From Felis catus (lineage: Eukaryota), in assembly GCF_018350175.1 (NCBI RefSeq), contig NC_058368.1:204416001-204480000 (forward strand): a stretch of DNA of 64,000 nucleotides, in the 5' to 3' direction. Positions 14,028-25,928 of the stretch are shown here, piece by piece (within the stretch, counting starts at the first letter, position 1; each line of letters starts with the position of its first letter). Position numbers and translations under genes: made by a program. The notes beneath the pieces were generated by a model. It saw only the letters and a list, made by a program, of their open reading frames with translations, did not search any database and was not told the origin of the DNA.

Positions 14028-14134
14028 CCTATCTCGATCTCTTTTTCTACGTGAAAATAAACCTCTTTCAGCCAAGCTAATAGACCTCTTTTTATTCCTT
14101 GCAGCCAAAAGCATCCTTAACTTAGAATAGCTAC

Positions 14135-14335
14135 TATTATTTGGTTCCAATTAGTTGATACAGATTTTCTTTAATCCTTACAACCGCCCTGAAAGGTGCC
14201 TGCAATTTACCCTCATTTTTACGAGGAAGAAACTGAACGCAAGAAGGACTTGATAACTTGTCCAAAGTTGTACAGGCAAGAAATATCAGTTGGATTTCCA
14301 GCTCAGGCCTCTCTGACCTCAGAGCCTGTGCCTCA
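14135..14335. mobile_element. MIR
   Basis: tttaatccttacaacc...cctcatttttacgaggaagaaactga...taacttgtccaaagt MIR core. Confidence 0.65.
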
Positions 14336-14857
14336 CACACAACAGATGCTGCTGCGTTACCTGGTCTCACGAGCAGGAGCCGTGAGTGTCGCAGGCAATC
14401 CCCCGAAAAGATGTTGCTAGAAAGAAGAAGGATGAAAGCGAGACGATTCTCCCTGACCTTCTTGCCACCCTAAGCAATGTGAGGTCGCTACCTTCACACT
14501 CTATTATGGAAGATTCTGTCAACATCAATGAAATGTTCAGTGGAGCAAACATTATTTTTAAGTGCCTGCCTACTTTATGCCAACCGTCTGAGGTGCTCGC
14601 CAAGAGCCATGTGGATGTGAATAAGTCATCCGCTGGCGGGACAAAGTAGATCCCTAAACAGACCAGTTAAATATAATGGACAAAGCAGTTGGCTAGAGAT
14701 GCGCACAGGAGAGTGGGTGCTCAGAGAACAGCTAGCGTGTCATGAATGTGTAGGGAAAACTTCCTGAAGCAGATGAGGCCTGAAGGCAAGCAAGTACTAA
14801 GGTAAGGACACGTAGGTGAGGAAAACAGGGAAACGCGGCATCTAAAAATGTATTGTT

Positions 14858-15064
14858 GGGGCGCCTGGGTGGCTCAGTTGGTTAACCAACGGACGTCGGC
14901 TCAGGTCATGATCTCGTGGTTTGTGGGTTCGAGCCCCACATCGGGCTCTGTGCTGACTGCTCAGAGCCTGGAGCCTGTTTCAGATTCTGTGTCTCCCTCG
15001 CTCTCTGCCCCTCCCCCGCTTGTGCTCTGTCTCTCTCAAAATTGAATAAACGTTAAAAAAAATT
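14858..15064 (+). mobile_element. Can-SINE
   Basis: TSD aaaatgtattgtt / aaaatgtcttgtt. Confidence 0.93.
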
Positions 15065-15211
15065 AAAATGTCTTGTTGGATTTGAGGCATTTATATAAAG
15101 GGTGAGCAAATCTGTACCTTTTCGCTTTCTACACCAGCTCACGAACTGGTGGTGTTATGTCCGAGGAGTATTTGTCTAAACAAAAAGCTCAGAAAAGTTT
15201 AAAAGGCTTTA

Positions 15212-15420
15212 TTATTTTTTAAATATTTATTTATTTTGAGAGAGAGTGTGTGTGAGTGCATGAGCTGGGGGGGGGGGGGGAAGGGGGGAGAGAACTCCAA
15301 GCAGGCTCCACACTGTAGCACAGAGCCTGATGCGGAGCTCAATTTCACAAACCGTGAGATCATGACCTGAGCTGAAATCATGAGTCAGATGCTTAACCGG
15401 CTGAGCCATCTAGGCACCCC
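15212..15420 (-). mobile_element. Can-SINE
   Basis: TSD aagtttaaaaggcttt 15195-15210 / 15421-15436. Confidence 0.92.
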
Positions 15421-15837
15421 AAGTTTAAAAGGCTTTAAAAGGAATCCTCATGATTCAATAAGTATGATCAGAGTGTATTTTGTTAACCAAGAATGGAACT
15501 AATAGTCTGTATTTGAATCGTTGTCTCCGTGGGCAACGTTCGCAAAATAATCTAGCATTTTGCACAAAATCTCGAACAAAAGAATTTTAAGTCACTGATC
15601 TGCAACTCACTGAATATTCTAGCAGTGTGACGAACAGGTTTAAGCCAAGAGAATCCTTACTTAGCATTGCTATATAGTAACCTTTGAAAGTGTCATGCCC
15701 TGTTTTCTATAGATATTAACCAATGCAATTGTTTTAGAGCTTTGGTAAATCTTTTTGACCTTCCTTGCCAGACAGTAGCCACCAGACCACACAGAATGGT
15801 TCTCACATGGGTGTTATGTGCTACACAGAGTGATTCT

Positions 15838-16067
15838 TTTTTTTTTTTTAATTTTTTTAATGATTATTTATTTTTTAGAGAGAGAGCGAGAGAGAGTGAA
15901 AGTGGAGGAGGGCAGAGAGAGGGAGAGACAGACACCCAGAATCTGAAGCAGGCTCCAGGCTCTGAGCTGTCAGTACAGAGCCCGACGCGGGGCTCGAACC
16001 CACGAACCACGAGATCATGACCTGAGCTGAAGTCGACACTTAACTGTCTGAGCCACCCAGGTGACCC
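15838..16067 (-). mobile_element. Can-SINE
   Basis: Poly-T, (GA)n, reverse-complement head; flanks gtgattctt. Confidence 0.92.
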
Positions 16068-17214
16068 CAGCAAGGGTGATTCTTAAGGAAGCCTGAGTTT
16101 AAGCAAGACAGAAGCACTCCTCTAAATGAACTGTTAAATGTCTCCGGCCACAGCCAGCCACCCAGTCCACACTCTTCTGAATAACATCTTTGCTTCCTGG
16201 GATATAGTAACTCTCTGGCATGTGCAAATGACAGAACACAAAAACGCCAACATAAATTTGCCTCCATGCTACATGCAGTGCTCTGAGGAGACACGAGTCC
16301 TCACTGGGGCTGCTCAAGGCTTAATTCCAAAACCGTGAAAGAGTTGCTAAGTGACTGTTTCTGGCCACACGTGTCCTGTGTGAGGAAAGCAGGCAGGCGA
16401 CTGTCATGTACTGTGGAAGAGCCAAACTGGGTCAGATCTCTCAGAAGGAGATGGGGGAGATCAAAGCAGGCCGGACTTCTGGAAGTGTCTATACACAGAA
16501 GCTTTCTCACTGGCTTCCTAGCCTCAACTAATCACTGAGGCCGCGAGGAAAAACTAAAACATCAGGCCATTTCTCTTGGCCTTTGCTGTGCATGTGCCAA
16601 GATCCACACCTCCCAGCTTGGTGGCCCTACTGAGTCATGCCTCGCTACTTCCATTCAGGTTCTTGTCCATGCCACCCCCCCCCCCACTCCTCCATCATAT
16701 TTTCACACGAGTATTCCCTCATTCTGCTGAATCCACACTTTTCAGGTGCCATCTCCAGAATGCTTTTATTGCGTAGGAAAAGATAAGACCTGTCTTAGTT
16801 GCAGGGGGACTTCTCAAATTCATGGTGGGAGGAACTCTCTTTACACCTGCCCCAAGCCCAAAGGGTCCAGAAGAAAGGGCTGGCTTCCCAGACAATTAGT
16901 ACTTATTGAGGGCCTAATTTGTAAGGCTCTGTGTTAGGATCAATACAGAAAAGAAAACAAATATGTCATACAGAGAATACTGACTATCCAACAACAAGGC
17001 AAAAAGCTCAAAACATAAAGATAAATGGAAAGAGCAACAAATAAAATTGTATGTATGGTATCTCAATTTTTTTTCTTTGTTTTTAACTACCAAAAACAAC
17101 CCTCTGAAATGTTAACCATGATAATCTCTCTAGCTGGGATTATACACAGGATTAGAGAGAGATTTATACATGATTGTTTCTTTCATTTTAACATTTATTT
17201 CTGTATTTTTGACA

Positions 17215-17450
17215 ATAATACTAGCAACAATGACATTTATTTTGTGCCGGGCACCATTCTAAGAGCTTTACATGAGCCAACTCATTTAAGTCTTACAACA
17301 ATCCTAGAAGGTACCTGCTGTTATTATGCCCAAAAAAGTAAGGCACAAAGAGATCAAACTATGTGCCCAAGGTCACATTTATAGTAAGTAAGTCACAGAG
17401 CCAGGATTCAAATGCAACAAAGCTATTTCCAGAATTAAGACTTAACCCCT
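17215..17450. mobile_element. MIR
   Basis: gtgccgggcaccattctaagagctttacatg...gcccaaggtcaca...agagccaggattcaaa. Confidence 0.7.
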
Positions 17451-17471
17451 ATGCAAATGTATAGCTATTAG

Positions 17472-18512
17472 GACTACATCAAAATAAAGAGCGTCTGCAC
17501 AGTGAAGGAAACAATCCACAAAACTAAAAGGTAACCCACTGAATGGGAAAAGATACTTGCATATGACACGTTCAATAAGGGGTTAATATCCAAAATATAT
17601 GAAGAACTTATACAACTCAAAAAAAAACCCAAATAACCTGATTTAAAAATGGACAGAAGACATGAATAGGCATTTCTCCAAAGAAGACATCCAGATAGCC
17701 AACAAACACATGAAAAGATGCTCAGCATCACTCATCATCAGGGAAATGCAAATCAAAACTACAATGAGATATCACCTCACACCTCAATGAGAGATACTTT
17801 TACTTGCTAAAGTAAAACACAAGAAACAACAAGTGTGGGTGAGGATGTGGAGAAATAGGAACCCTCGTGTACTGTTGGTGGGAATGCAGACCAGTACAAC
17901 CACTGTGGAAAACAGTATGGAGGTTCTTCAAGAAGTTAAAAATAGAACTACTCTACAGTCCAGAAATCACCCTACTGGGTGTTTATGCCAAAAATACAAA
18001 AACATTAATTCAAAGGGATACAGGCTCCTGTATGTTTGTAGCAGCATTATTTACAATAGCCGAATTATGGAAGCAGCTCAAGTGTCCATCAATAGATGAA
18101 TGGATAAAGAAACGGCATATGTATATACAATGGAATATTATTCAGCCATAAAAAGAACGAAATCTTGTCATTTGCAATGACATGGATAGAGCTAGATAAT
18201 ATACTGCTAAGTGAAGTAAGTCAGTCAGAGAAAGACAAATACCATATGATTTCACTCATGTAGAATTTAGGAAACAAATGAGCAAAGAAAAGAGAGAGAG
18301 AGAAACCAGGAAACAGCCTTGGCATAGAGAACAAACTGATGGTTACCAGAGGGGAGGTGGGCAGGGGGATGGGTGAAATAGGTGATGGGAATTAGAGAGA
18401 GCACTTGTGGTGAGCACTAGGTAACGCACAGAATTACTGAATCACTATACTGTACCCCTGGAACTAATATTACACTGTATGTTAACTATAAAATTTAGTT
18501 TTAAAACTAAAT
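17472..18512 (+). mobile_element. Carnivore L1 3' fragment
   Basis: ORF2 C-terminal [15 protein letters not shown] (ORF 17867..18151) and 3' UTR. Confidence 0.92.
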
Positions 18513-18634
18513 AAGACTTAACCACTACTTCTTGCTACCTGTGGAATATATATTGTTTTATAATACATAGTTTATAACAAAGAAGTAGATTATTTCTTTA
18601 TAATAAAGAAAAAAGGTTTAAAGAAAGGAACAGA

Positions 18635-18853
18635 GGAGAGCCTGGTTTGCTCAATGAGCTAAGCCTCTGACTCTTGATTTTGGTTCAGGTCATGATCTCA
18701 TGGTTGGTGGGTTTGAGCCCCACATAAGGGCTCCGTGCTCACGGTGCACAGCCTGCTTGGGGTTCTCTCTCTCTCCTTCTCTCTCTGCCCCTCCCTCCCT
18801 CTACCTCTTTCTCTCTCTCAAGATATATAGGTAAACTTTAAAAATGAAAAAAG
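18635..18853 (+). mobile_element. Can-SINE (older)
   Basis: caggtcatgatctca...gagcccc, (CT)n and A-rich tail. Confidence 0.85.
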
Positions 18854-18919
18854 AATATATGACAAAGTAACCAAGGAGAGAGGAGGCTGGGTAAAAGAAT
18901 GAGTGTTTAAAAGGGAGTC

Positions 18920-19222
18920 AGGGCAGAACGACTTCAGGCAGGGCAGGTGGGGATCCCGGCGAGCTGGCCTAGGAGGCGGCCGATGACCACACTCTGGGCC
19001 TTCATGTGCAACGACCTGTTCCGCTTCGACATTAACTTGGATCCACCTACAGAAATGTAACGGATTCCTTTTTACTTACAGTACCTCCCCCACTGGCCAG
19101 GGTATTTCATCATTGCAGAGACACCTGGTGGAGAGTTAACGGGTTAGATCACGGGTAAAGCAGAAGGCTCCGAAGCTAGGGAAGGAAGAATGGCACGGGC
19201 ATGTCACGGCTCTCTCTGTCCG

Positions 19223-19254
<32 letters not shown>

Positions 19255-19878
19255 AGAATTTCGACGCCTTGGTTTGGCTGCTAAACTTATGGAGTTATTA
19301 GAGGAGACTTCAGAAAGAAAGGGTGGATTTTTTGTTGATCTCTTTGTAAGAGTATCTAACCAAGTTGCAGTCAACATGTACAAGCAGTCGGGCTACAGTG
19401 TGTACGGGACAGTCATAGAGTACTATTTGGCCAGCAACAGGGAACGTGATGAGGACGCTTATGATATGAGGAAAGCACCTTCCAGAAACACTGAGAAGAA
19501 ATCCATCATACCATTACCTCATCCTGTGAGGCCTGAAGACGTTGAATAACCATGGGCAGTGGTTCTGAGGCTGATGTTCCAGATATGTTAGGGGCAATAT
19601 TATTTTCACGGGATGATCCTGGAGCTCTATCGGGAGAAAAGTAATCATTTAGGTCTTACAGACTTCAAGAAAATACAGGTTACAAATTTGAGTCTCATTG
19701 TTTCCTGTTAGCAACATCGTGCCTACTAAAGCAGTTCAGTGTAATAAAATTCCATCAAAAAGGCAGCTAGGTCAGATGGAAACATTTCACTATTTGGGTT
19801 CAGAATATTCACTCTGTGTTAAGGGGAAAAACATGCTCCAGTCTCCTCCTACATTCTGTGCCTGAGAACCACTGCTAC

Positions 19879-19913
<35 letters not shown>

Positions 19914-20005
19914 TGTTTTATATTGTCTGTTAATTGAAGCTTTAAAAGCATATGTGAAATGTACAAATCTAAGATGTATAATAAAATGCATTGTTGACCC
20001 TAAAA

Positions 20006-20042
<37 letters not shown>
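18920..20042 (+). pseudogene. NAA20: Processed pseudogene of NAA20 (NatB catalytic subunit)
   Basis: Intronless ATG(18983) MTTLWAFMCNDLFRF...PEFRRLGLAAKLMELLEE...PHPVRPEDVE*(19549). Stops TAA 19058-19060 and TAG 19145-19147, a GGAA frameshift near 19180, and a C32 run. AATAAA at 19980, (AAAT)n tail, TSD aaaagggagtc 18909-18919 / aaaagggactc 20043-20053. Confidence 0.95.
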
Positions 20043-20044
<2 letters not shown>

Positions 20045-20229
20045 AAGGGACTCCGGAGAAATGACCGCACACTTAATATCTCTGGATTTGTTGCCTCACA
20101 TGCAAAACAAGAGGGTGAACAAGTCTACATTCTAGAGAAATATTTACCTTGCAGGTCACCAGTGGTTGGCATGGAGGATGCCTCATTATTTTAGACTTGG
20201 CCATCACATCATTGATTAGTCCACAGCAA

Positions 20230-21230
20230 ATGTACTGTCGCTGTGCTCTAATTTAATCGTAAAACCAACATGTCCCATAAAGCAAATACACAAAGAATAT
20301 AAAAACTATTTGTAGAGCTAAGGGTATGACCCTAACGAATGAGAGCACTGATCATTGTTAAAAGACAAAAAGTGGTAAGAAAACAGAAATGGAATGCAGG
20401 ATGGTCTGGCAGCATGCATGATTCCAAAGAGCAGCAACCAAGTATTCAAAACTAAATATCTTGAGTTGATGCAATCAAGAATAATCAATATGTGACAAGG
20501 AAAAGTAACCAATAAAATGGAATGATTTTCCAAGTATGTCTATATCATTAATTCCCCAGAAGAGCAGGATACAAGTTCCTCAGGACCAGTAGGTAGATGA
20601 ACATAATCTGTAGAAAGCAAGTTCATATTTAGTGAAACTTCACAAAACAATGAGAGAATCCTACAAGGTTCCAGACAGAAAAAAAATAGATATCATGACA
20701 AGAATCAAGAATCAGAATAGCATTGAACTTTCAGCCACATTGAAAGCCGAAAACAATTAACTGATACCTTCCAAAATTGGCAGGATTTCCAGTCCATCCT
20801 ACACCCAAGCAAACCATCAATTAAGTGCAAGAGTAAAATAAGGACATTTTCAGACACGCAAGGTCTCAAAATTTTATTTCCCATAACTCTTTCTTAAGAA
20901 GCTACCAAAGCGGGTGCTTCAGAAAATGAAGCAGTAAACTAACACAGAGGAAAACCAGAGAACAGAGAATGGGGACAAAAAGGAAGTGAAGGGAAATCTC
21001 AGAGTGCTGGTGTATGTCAGGACTAGGAAAGAACTGGTTCAGACTGGGGCTCCATTTTGAAGAGCTGGGTGGGGGTTGGGGGGCCTAGAAGGATCTAAGG
21101 ACTGTCTGATGCATTTCATTGTATAGAAAATACCAAGGAGAGGTGTTTTACAGAGCCATTAGAATATTTGATAAGAAAGAGCCAGAGGTTCTTAAAAATT
21201 AAGCAAGTAAAAAAACAATTATTTTCTCCA
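20230..21230 (+). mobile_element. Ancient L1 ORF1 / HAL1-like fragment
   Basis: gaatcagaatagcattgaactt...aaggacattttcagacacgcaaggtctcaaaatttt resembles L1ME/HAL1 ORF1 region; highly decayed. Confidence 0.55.
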
Positions 21231-21241
21231 CAAAAACTTTT

Positions 21242-21468
21242 TATTTTTTTATTTTATTTTTTTTTCAACGTTTATTTATTTTTGGGACAGAGAGAGACAG
21301 AGCATGAACGGGGGAGGGGCAGAGAGAGAGGGAGACACAGAACCGGAAACAGGCTCCAGGCTCTGAGCCATCAGCCCAGAGCCTGACGCCGGGCTCAAAC
21401 TCACGGACCGCGAGATCGTGACCTGGCTGAAATTGGACGCTTAACCGACTGCACCACCCAGGCGCCCC
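21242..21468 (-). mobile_element. Can-SINE
   Basis: TSD ccacaaaaacttttt on both sides. Confidence 0.95.
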
Positions 21469-22432
21469 ACCACAAAAACTTTTTAAAGAATGATAATAGG
21501 GGATGGCAACAATAGAATGAGACTAGTTTTGTAAACAGCTGGTCCTCTCAGCAACCGAAAGAAAATCAGCCAATGAATTGAGGTTTTTTTAGTCCTTAGA
21601 GAAACACCATAATGAGACTCAAAAAATGAAGGTGGATTTCACGCTATATTTTAATTTTTAAATTCTTCAAACTGAAACTACATATTTGGCTATAAACATT
21701 AACCTACTAAGACGAAGTATTTTTTTTTTCTTCTTTTAAAACTGTAAGTCTAGGGGCTTCCAAATTTCCCAATCATGTGCCATCAATGTACAAAATTGAT
21801 TTTATAGGATTCACTGCTCAGGAATTGTGGATGTACTGTATAAAGGATTATAGTTCTTTGAAGACACCAACATTTGCTACTGAAAAGTATCTGAATGATG
21901 CTACTGCTTCCCCCAAATTAATCCATCTTAATTGAAAACCTCAGGCTAAATCAAGAGCATAGAGGGCTCTATGGCCTACATGTAGTTATTACTGGGAAAT
22001 TTAGATTTCATACAAACCTGCCTTTATTTTAAATGCAATGTAGTTACTAGAAAAAAACACACACCTCAAACTAAATATCCAATCCACATTTTTTCCTAAC
22101 ACAGAAGAAGGCCTCTCTAAAGGTTTTTCCAAGCTCACCACTTAACAGTGGTCAAGCCAAAAATAAACCCATGAGGCAAATTCAACAGCACACAAAACAG
22201 GAGTCCACGGAGAGCAGGACTTAGCTTTTCCTCCATTCACCTCTTTCTGGGACCCCCACCCACATTCCCCATCTCCTAATTAGAGAGCTGATTAGGACTC
22301 CAAATTATAAAACGCTAAATGGGGAGGGGGATGTGGTGCAAGGCCGGGATTCCTTTAACACCAGACACTCTCCTCCTTCATGCTTCCCCCCCTTATTGCA
22401 GCGAGCTGTGGGAAGAGGGCTGGGCCAGCGGG

Positions 22433-22443
22433 GCTGATTGGCT
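22433..22443 (-). promoter_or_regulatory. NF-Y CCAAT box
   Basis: gCTGATTGGCT on plus equals AGCCAATCAG on minus, the extended NF-Y consensus. Confidence 0.45.
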
Positions 22444-22683
22444 GGAGGGCAGTGTTTACACTCAGTTGTCTAAGAAGGAAGGTCTGTGTCACAAATTGCA
22501 AACTCTGGAAAGATAAAATTTGAAAACAACATGCTTGGGCTCTAGTATTTTAAGGAAAAGAAACAAGTATCTTATAAGCTCATTTATTATTACCATGGTG
22601 ACATGAGGGGACGTGAGGAGATCTCACGAACAGTTCCTGGTTCCAGCCAGGCTGCGCATCAACGGCGCGGGGCAACTTCTTCG

Positions 22684-22697
22684 GTTACCATGGCAAC
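22684..22697. promoter_or_regulatory. RFX X-box motif
   Basis: GTTACCATGGCAAC, a near-palindromic match to the RFX consensus GTNRCC-N(0-3)-RGYAAC. Confidence 0.65.
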
Positions 22698-23439
22698 CAA
22701 AATTAGAAGTGCTTTTTGCAACACTAACAGAAACCATCTTTTGAAGCGCTTCTGTGAATCACATTGAATACTGATGATGCAAGCTTGAGTGATACATATT
22801 TTTCAAACATTAAAACACACACACACAGCGTATTGCCATACACAAATACTCCTTTTAGATCCCGCGTTGAAATCTTGACTTAACTTGGAATAGATTTTTC
22901 GGTCTGGTTTTGTTTGTTTCCCTTTTGGATTCCCGCGGACTCGAGTGCAAACGCGATTTGTTTAATTTCCAAACTTGTCTGAATTGCACGGGTAAGAGCT
23001 TAGAATGTGGTTCATTTGCTCCCATTTTGAAACGGGATGAGAAGTGGGGTGGGGGAGGGTGGGTCTAACAGAGAGCCCTCTTGTCTACTAAACTCTGGAG
23101 GACGAAAACGCGGGTGGGGGGGTGAAACGGGGGTAGGGGGTAGGGGGAGGAGAGGCAAGGAGGGAGGAAAGAAGAGGGAGGGAAGGAAGGGAAGGAAAAA
23201 ATGCGGAAGGCTGAATCTTTGCTGCCCCAAGAGCACCTTTATCTGTTACTTTGACCTCTCCATCTGCCCAGGTGTTGTGTCGGGAACACAAAAGCTGATC
23301 AGAAATGTCATTTTACAGACCCCGTTGCCATTCTTTCCTGGTCATCCTGGAGCTCCTAATACTCCCGAAGGGACATCCGGGAAGAGACGAGGTTCCTCCT
23401 TACTCGTACAGTCTTTAAAAAAGCACGATTCTTTAGGGA

Positions 23440-24480
23440 GCGTCGTGGTGTGGGGTGTGGTGGGCCACAGCCGTTCGCTGTCAGCGCCCTCTCTGCCAGT
23501 CCGGGTCACGCAGGTCCCCACCTGGGCTCACGTCCTGGGGCTCGGGTCCCCGCGCCAGGTGCGCGCCGGGCCGGGCGCGAAGCCGCCCTCCCGGGCTCCC
23601 GTGCGGGCGCGCACTCCGACGCGGGGGCCCGCACGGTGGCGGGACGCGGGGACACACGCGCGCGCAGACCCAGGGGCGCCGCACACTGCACGGGCACCGG
23701 CTCGCCTGCGCCTCCGGCTACAACGCCCTCTGCTCGCGCTCGCCCCCGGGAGCGCCTGCCCTTCTCCCGCGCCCAGCTCGCGCCCTAGCCCCTCCGGGAG
23801 CCGTGCCCCCTTTTCCCCCTCGGCTTGCCGGGGACGGGCGCTGCTCGCAGCCACCCCCCCGCCCCCCGCCACCAGGTCAGCAGCCTGGGGGAGGAGGGGC
23901 GGGAGGGGTGGAGGTGCTGGCTGCGAGCCCCGCGGCCCTCGCTTACCTTCGTGGCGAGCCCGGCTCACGGACTCGGCTGCGCGGGGCCAGGAGCTGGGGG
24001 CGGTTGGAGCTGAAGCGGGCGCGGCGCGGGAGGTGCGTGGGTGGCGGGCGCCGCGGCCGCGCGGGAGGCTCCCTGAGCTGTCAGGGACCGCGGACCTGAC
24101 CGACAGCGGCCCCGGCAAACCCCGCCCGCTGGCCCCGGCCCGGGCTCTGCAGCGGGGACAGAGGCGCCCCGCAGCGTTTCCCCGGAGGACCAATAGGGAG
24201 CGGGGGGCTGGCCCGGGGGAGGGGGCCAGGGGCCGGTCAGGCTCCGGGACTCGGGCCCGGACCTCGTAGGCCGGTTTCTATGGCAGCCAGGAAGGAGGGG
24301 CTGGAGGGAGGGGGGTGCGCGGCTCGGGGACACCCATCGCAGACACTGGAGGAGGGGGGGGGGGTTGGCCCTCTCACAGAGAGAGTCCCTCCTACAGGAT
24401 GGATGAGAACGGGCGACACAGCCAAAAGAGGGTTGACACAGCTCTCGTCCGCTCACGCCTCGTACTGAGCCTCTCGAGCC
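23440..24480. promoter_or_regulatory. CpG island promoter, probably of NIM1K
   Basis: Dense CpG/GC, CCAAT at 24190-24194, GC box at 24121-24127. Assignment rests on recalled human gene order only. Confidence 0.8.
23947..24130 (-). other. NIM1K: Putative non-coding first exon of NIM1K (TSS approximate)
   Basis: Strong donor AAG|GTAAGC at 23947/23946 inside the island, downstream (minus sense) of CCAAT and GC boxes; synteny inference; no kinase coding sequence in the window. Confidence 0.6.
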
Positions 24481-25164
24481 TCTTGATCAAAGGTTTACCG
24501 TGTCCTTGGTAGACCGGGACCCAGCGAGCTTACCAACAGAACGGGGTTTCCAGCAAACCCACCGTGACAGCTCCTTCGGGTGAGTCTGGCAGGATTTAGG
24601 CTCTGCAGAAAGAAGTGCTAATGCCACCCTCTGCCCGGATCCCTCCCATACAATATATCCAGTTCCTATGGTGTCATTTAGACTGTAAGTCCCTAATCTC
24701 TTGCCTACTCCCCAGCTATAACCCTCCGGCTAATGGTAGGTGCCAAATATTTTTACAGTTTACAAACAAGGAAGCCAAGTCACTGAATTGAGTGTTGAGC
24801 GGAGAATGCGATTCACAGACTAGCAAAACCCGTAGGATAACTAGAGGTTATCCACTGAAGTTCAAGTCCTTCATTTTACAGAGGAGGAAAGTGAGATCAG
24901 AGAGGTCAGTTAACAAGGATCACACAGCTTGGTTAATGGCAAAGCCAAGACCAGCACCCTAAGTCACAGCTCAGCAAGCACTCTTTCCACCTCCTCATGC
25001 TCCCAGATTCTGTCTTCCTGATTGCCAGGGCAATATTTACGAAAGCAAAAGTGTAGATGAGTGAGTTTTAAATCTATTTATGGTAGAAATTAGGGAACCC
25101 AAAGATTCTTTGTTTTGCTATTTGGCAGGCCTTATTATAAATATTTTCAAAAGAGTAACTGATT

Positions 25165-25325
25165 AAATCCTCACAATAACCTTATTTTAGGTATTATTAC
25201 CATCTCTTTGGACAGATGAGGAAACAGCTCAGAAAGGTTATTTGACTGCTCAGCTGTCCAATGCTGGTGCTGGAATTCAAACCTAGGCAGTCTGACTCCA
25301 GAGTCAGTGCTTTTCTTCACTCTGA
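25165..25325. mobile_element. MIR
   Basis: aatcctcacaataacc...acagatgaggaaac...attcaaacctaggcagtctgactccagag. Confidence 0.75.
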
Positions 25326-25578
25326 TGCCTCTTTGTGTGATTGAAGGGGCCAGGAACAGGAAGAAGAAGAAATAAAACCTTGGACAGCTCCAGGGACTGG
25401 CCACTGAGATTGGCGAGAAACCAAAACAACCTGGAATGTTCCCTTCCTTGTTTGATGAGAGTGGTTATCTACTTTACAGGATAAAAGTTCTCTGTGAGAA
25501 AGGTTTGTCTTTAAAGGGAGGCCCTTTCCTTAAAAGATAAGAGGCATTTTTTTTTTTTTCTTTTAAGAGCAGTCTTTA

Positions 25579-25778
25579 GTTGGATGGCTTAGTTGGTTAA
25601 GCATCCAACTCCTGATTTTGGCTCAGGTCATGATCTCCCCATTTGTGAGTTCCAGCCTGGCATTGGGCTCCGTGCTGAGTGTGGAGCCTGCTTGTGATTC
25701 TCTCTCTTCCTCTCTTTCTGCCCCTCCCCAACTCATATGCACTCACACTCTCGTTCTCTCTCAAAAATAAACTTATCA
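25579..25778 (+). mobile_element. Can-SINE
   Basis: TSD aagagcagtct on both sides. Confidence 0.88.
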
Positions 25779-25814
25779 AAGAGCAGTCTCTAAGATAGCA
25801 CATGCCATCAGTTT

Positions 25815-25928
25815 GTTTTCTTTCTTTCTTTTTTGAAAGATTTTATTTTTAAGTAATCTGTGGTCTGGAACCCAGAACTCAGAGATCAAAAGTCACATGC
25901 TACACTGAATGAGCCAGCCAGGCGCCCC
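25815..25928 (-). mobile_element. Short Can-SINE variant
   Basis: gagatcaaaagtcacatgc...tgagccagccaggcgcccc. Confidence 0.8.

Noticed and set aside
19190..19549. 119-aa poly-Pro + NAA20 C-terminal ORF as a functional gene
   Set aside because: Lies in a retrocopy with upstream stops and a frameshift, and its frame depends on a homopolymer length.
1..23900. NIM1K coding exons
   Set aside because: No kinase motifs or NIM1K N-terminus seen on either strand; coding exons are presumably left of the window.
23037..24269. 410-aa ORF and overlapping 214/221/163-aa ORFs
   Set aside because: Arg/Gly/Pro/Ala low-complexity products open in several frames on both strands, as expected from stop-codon scarcity in a CpG island; no recognisable domain.
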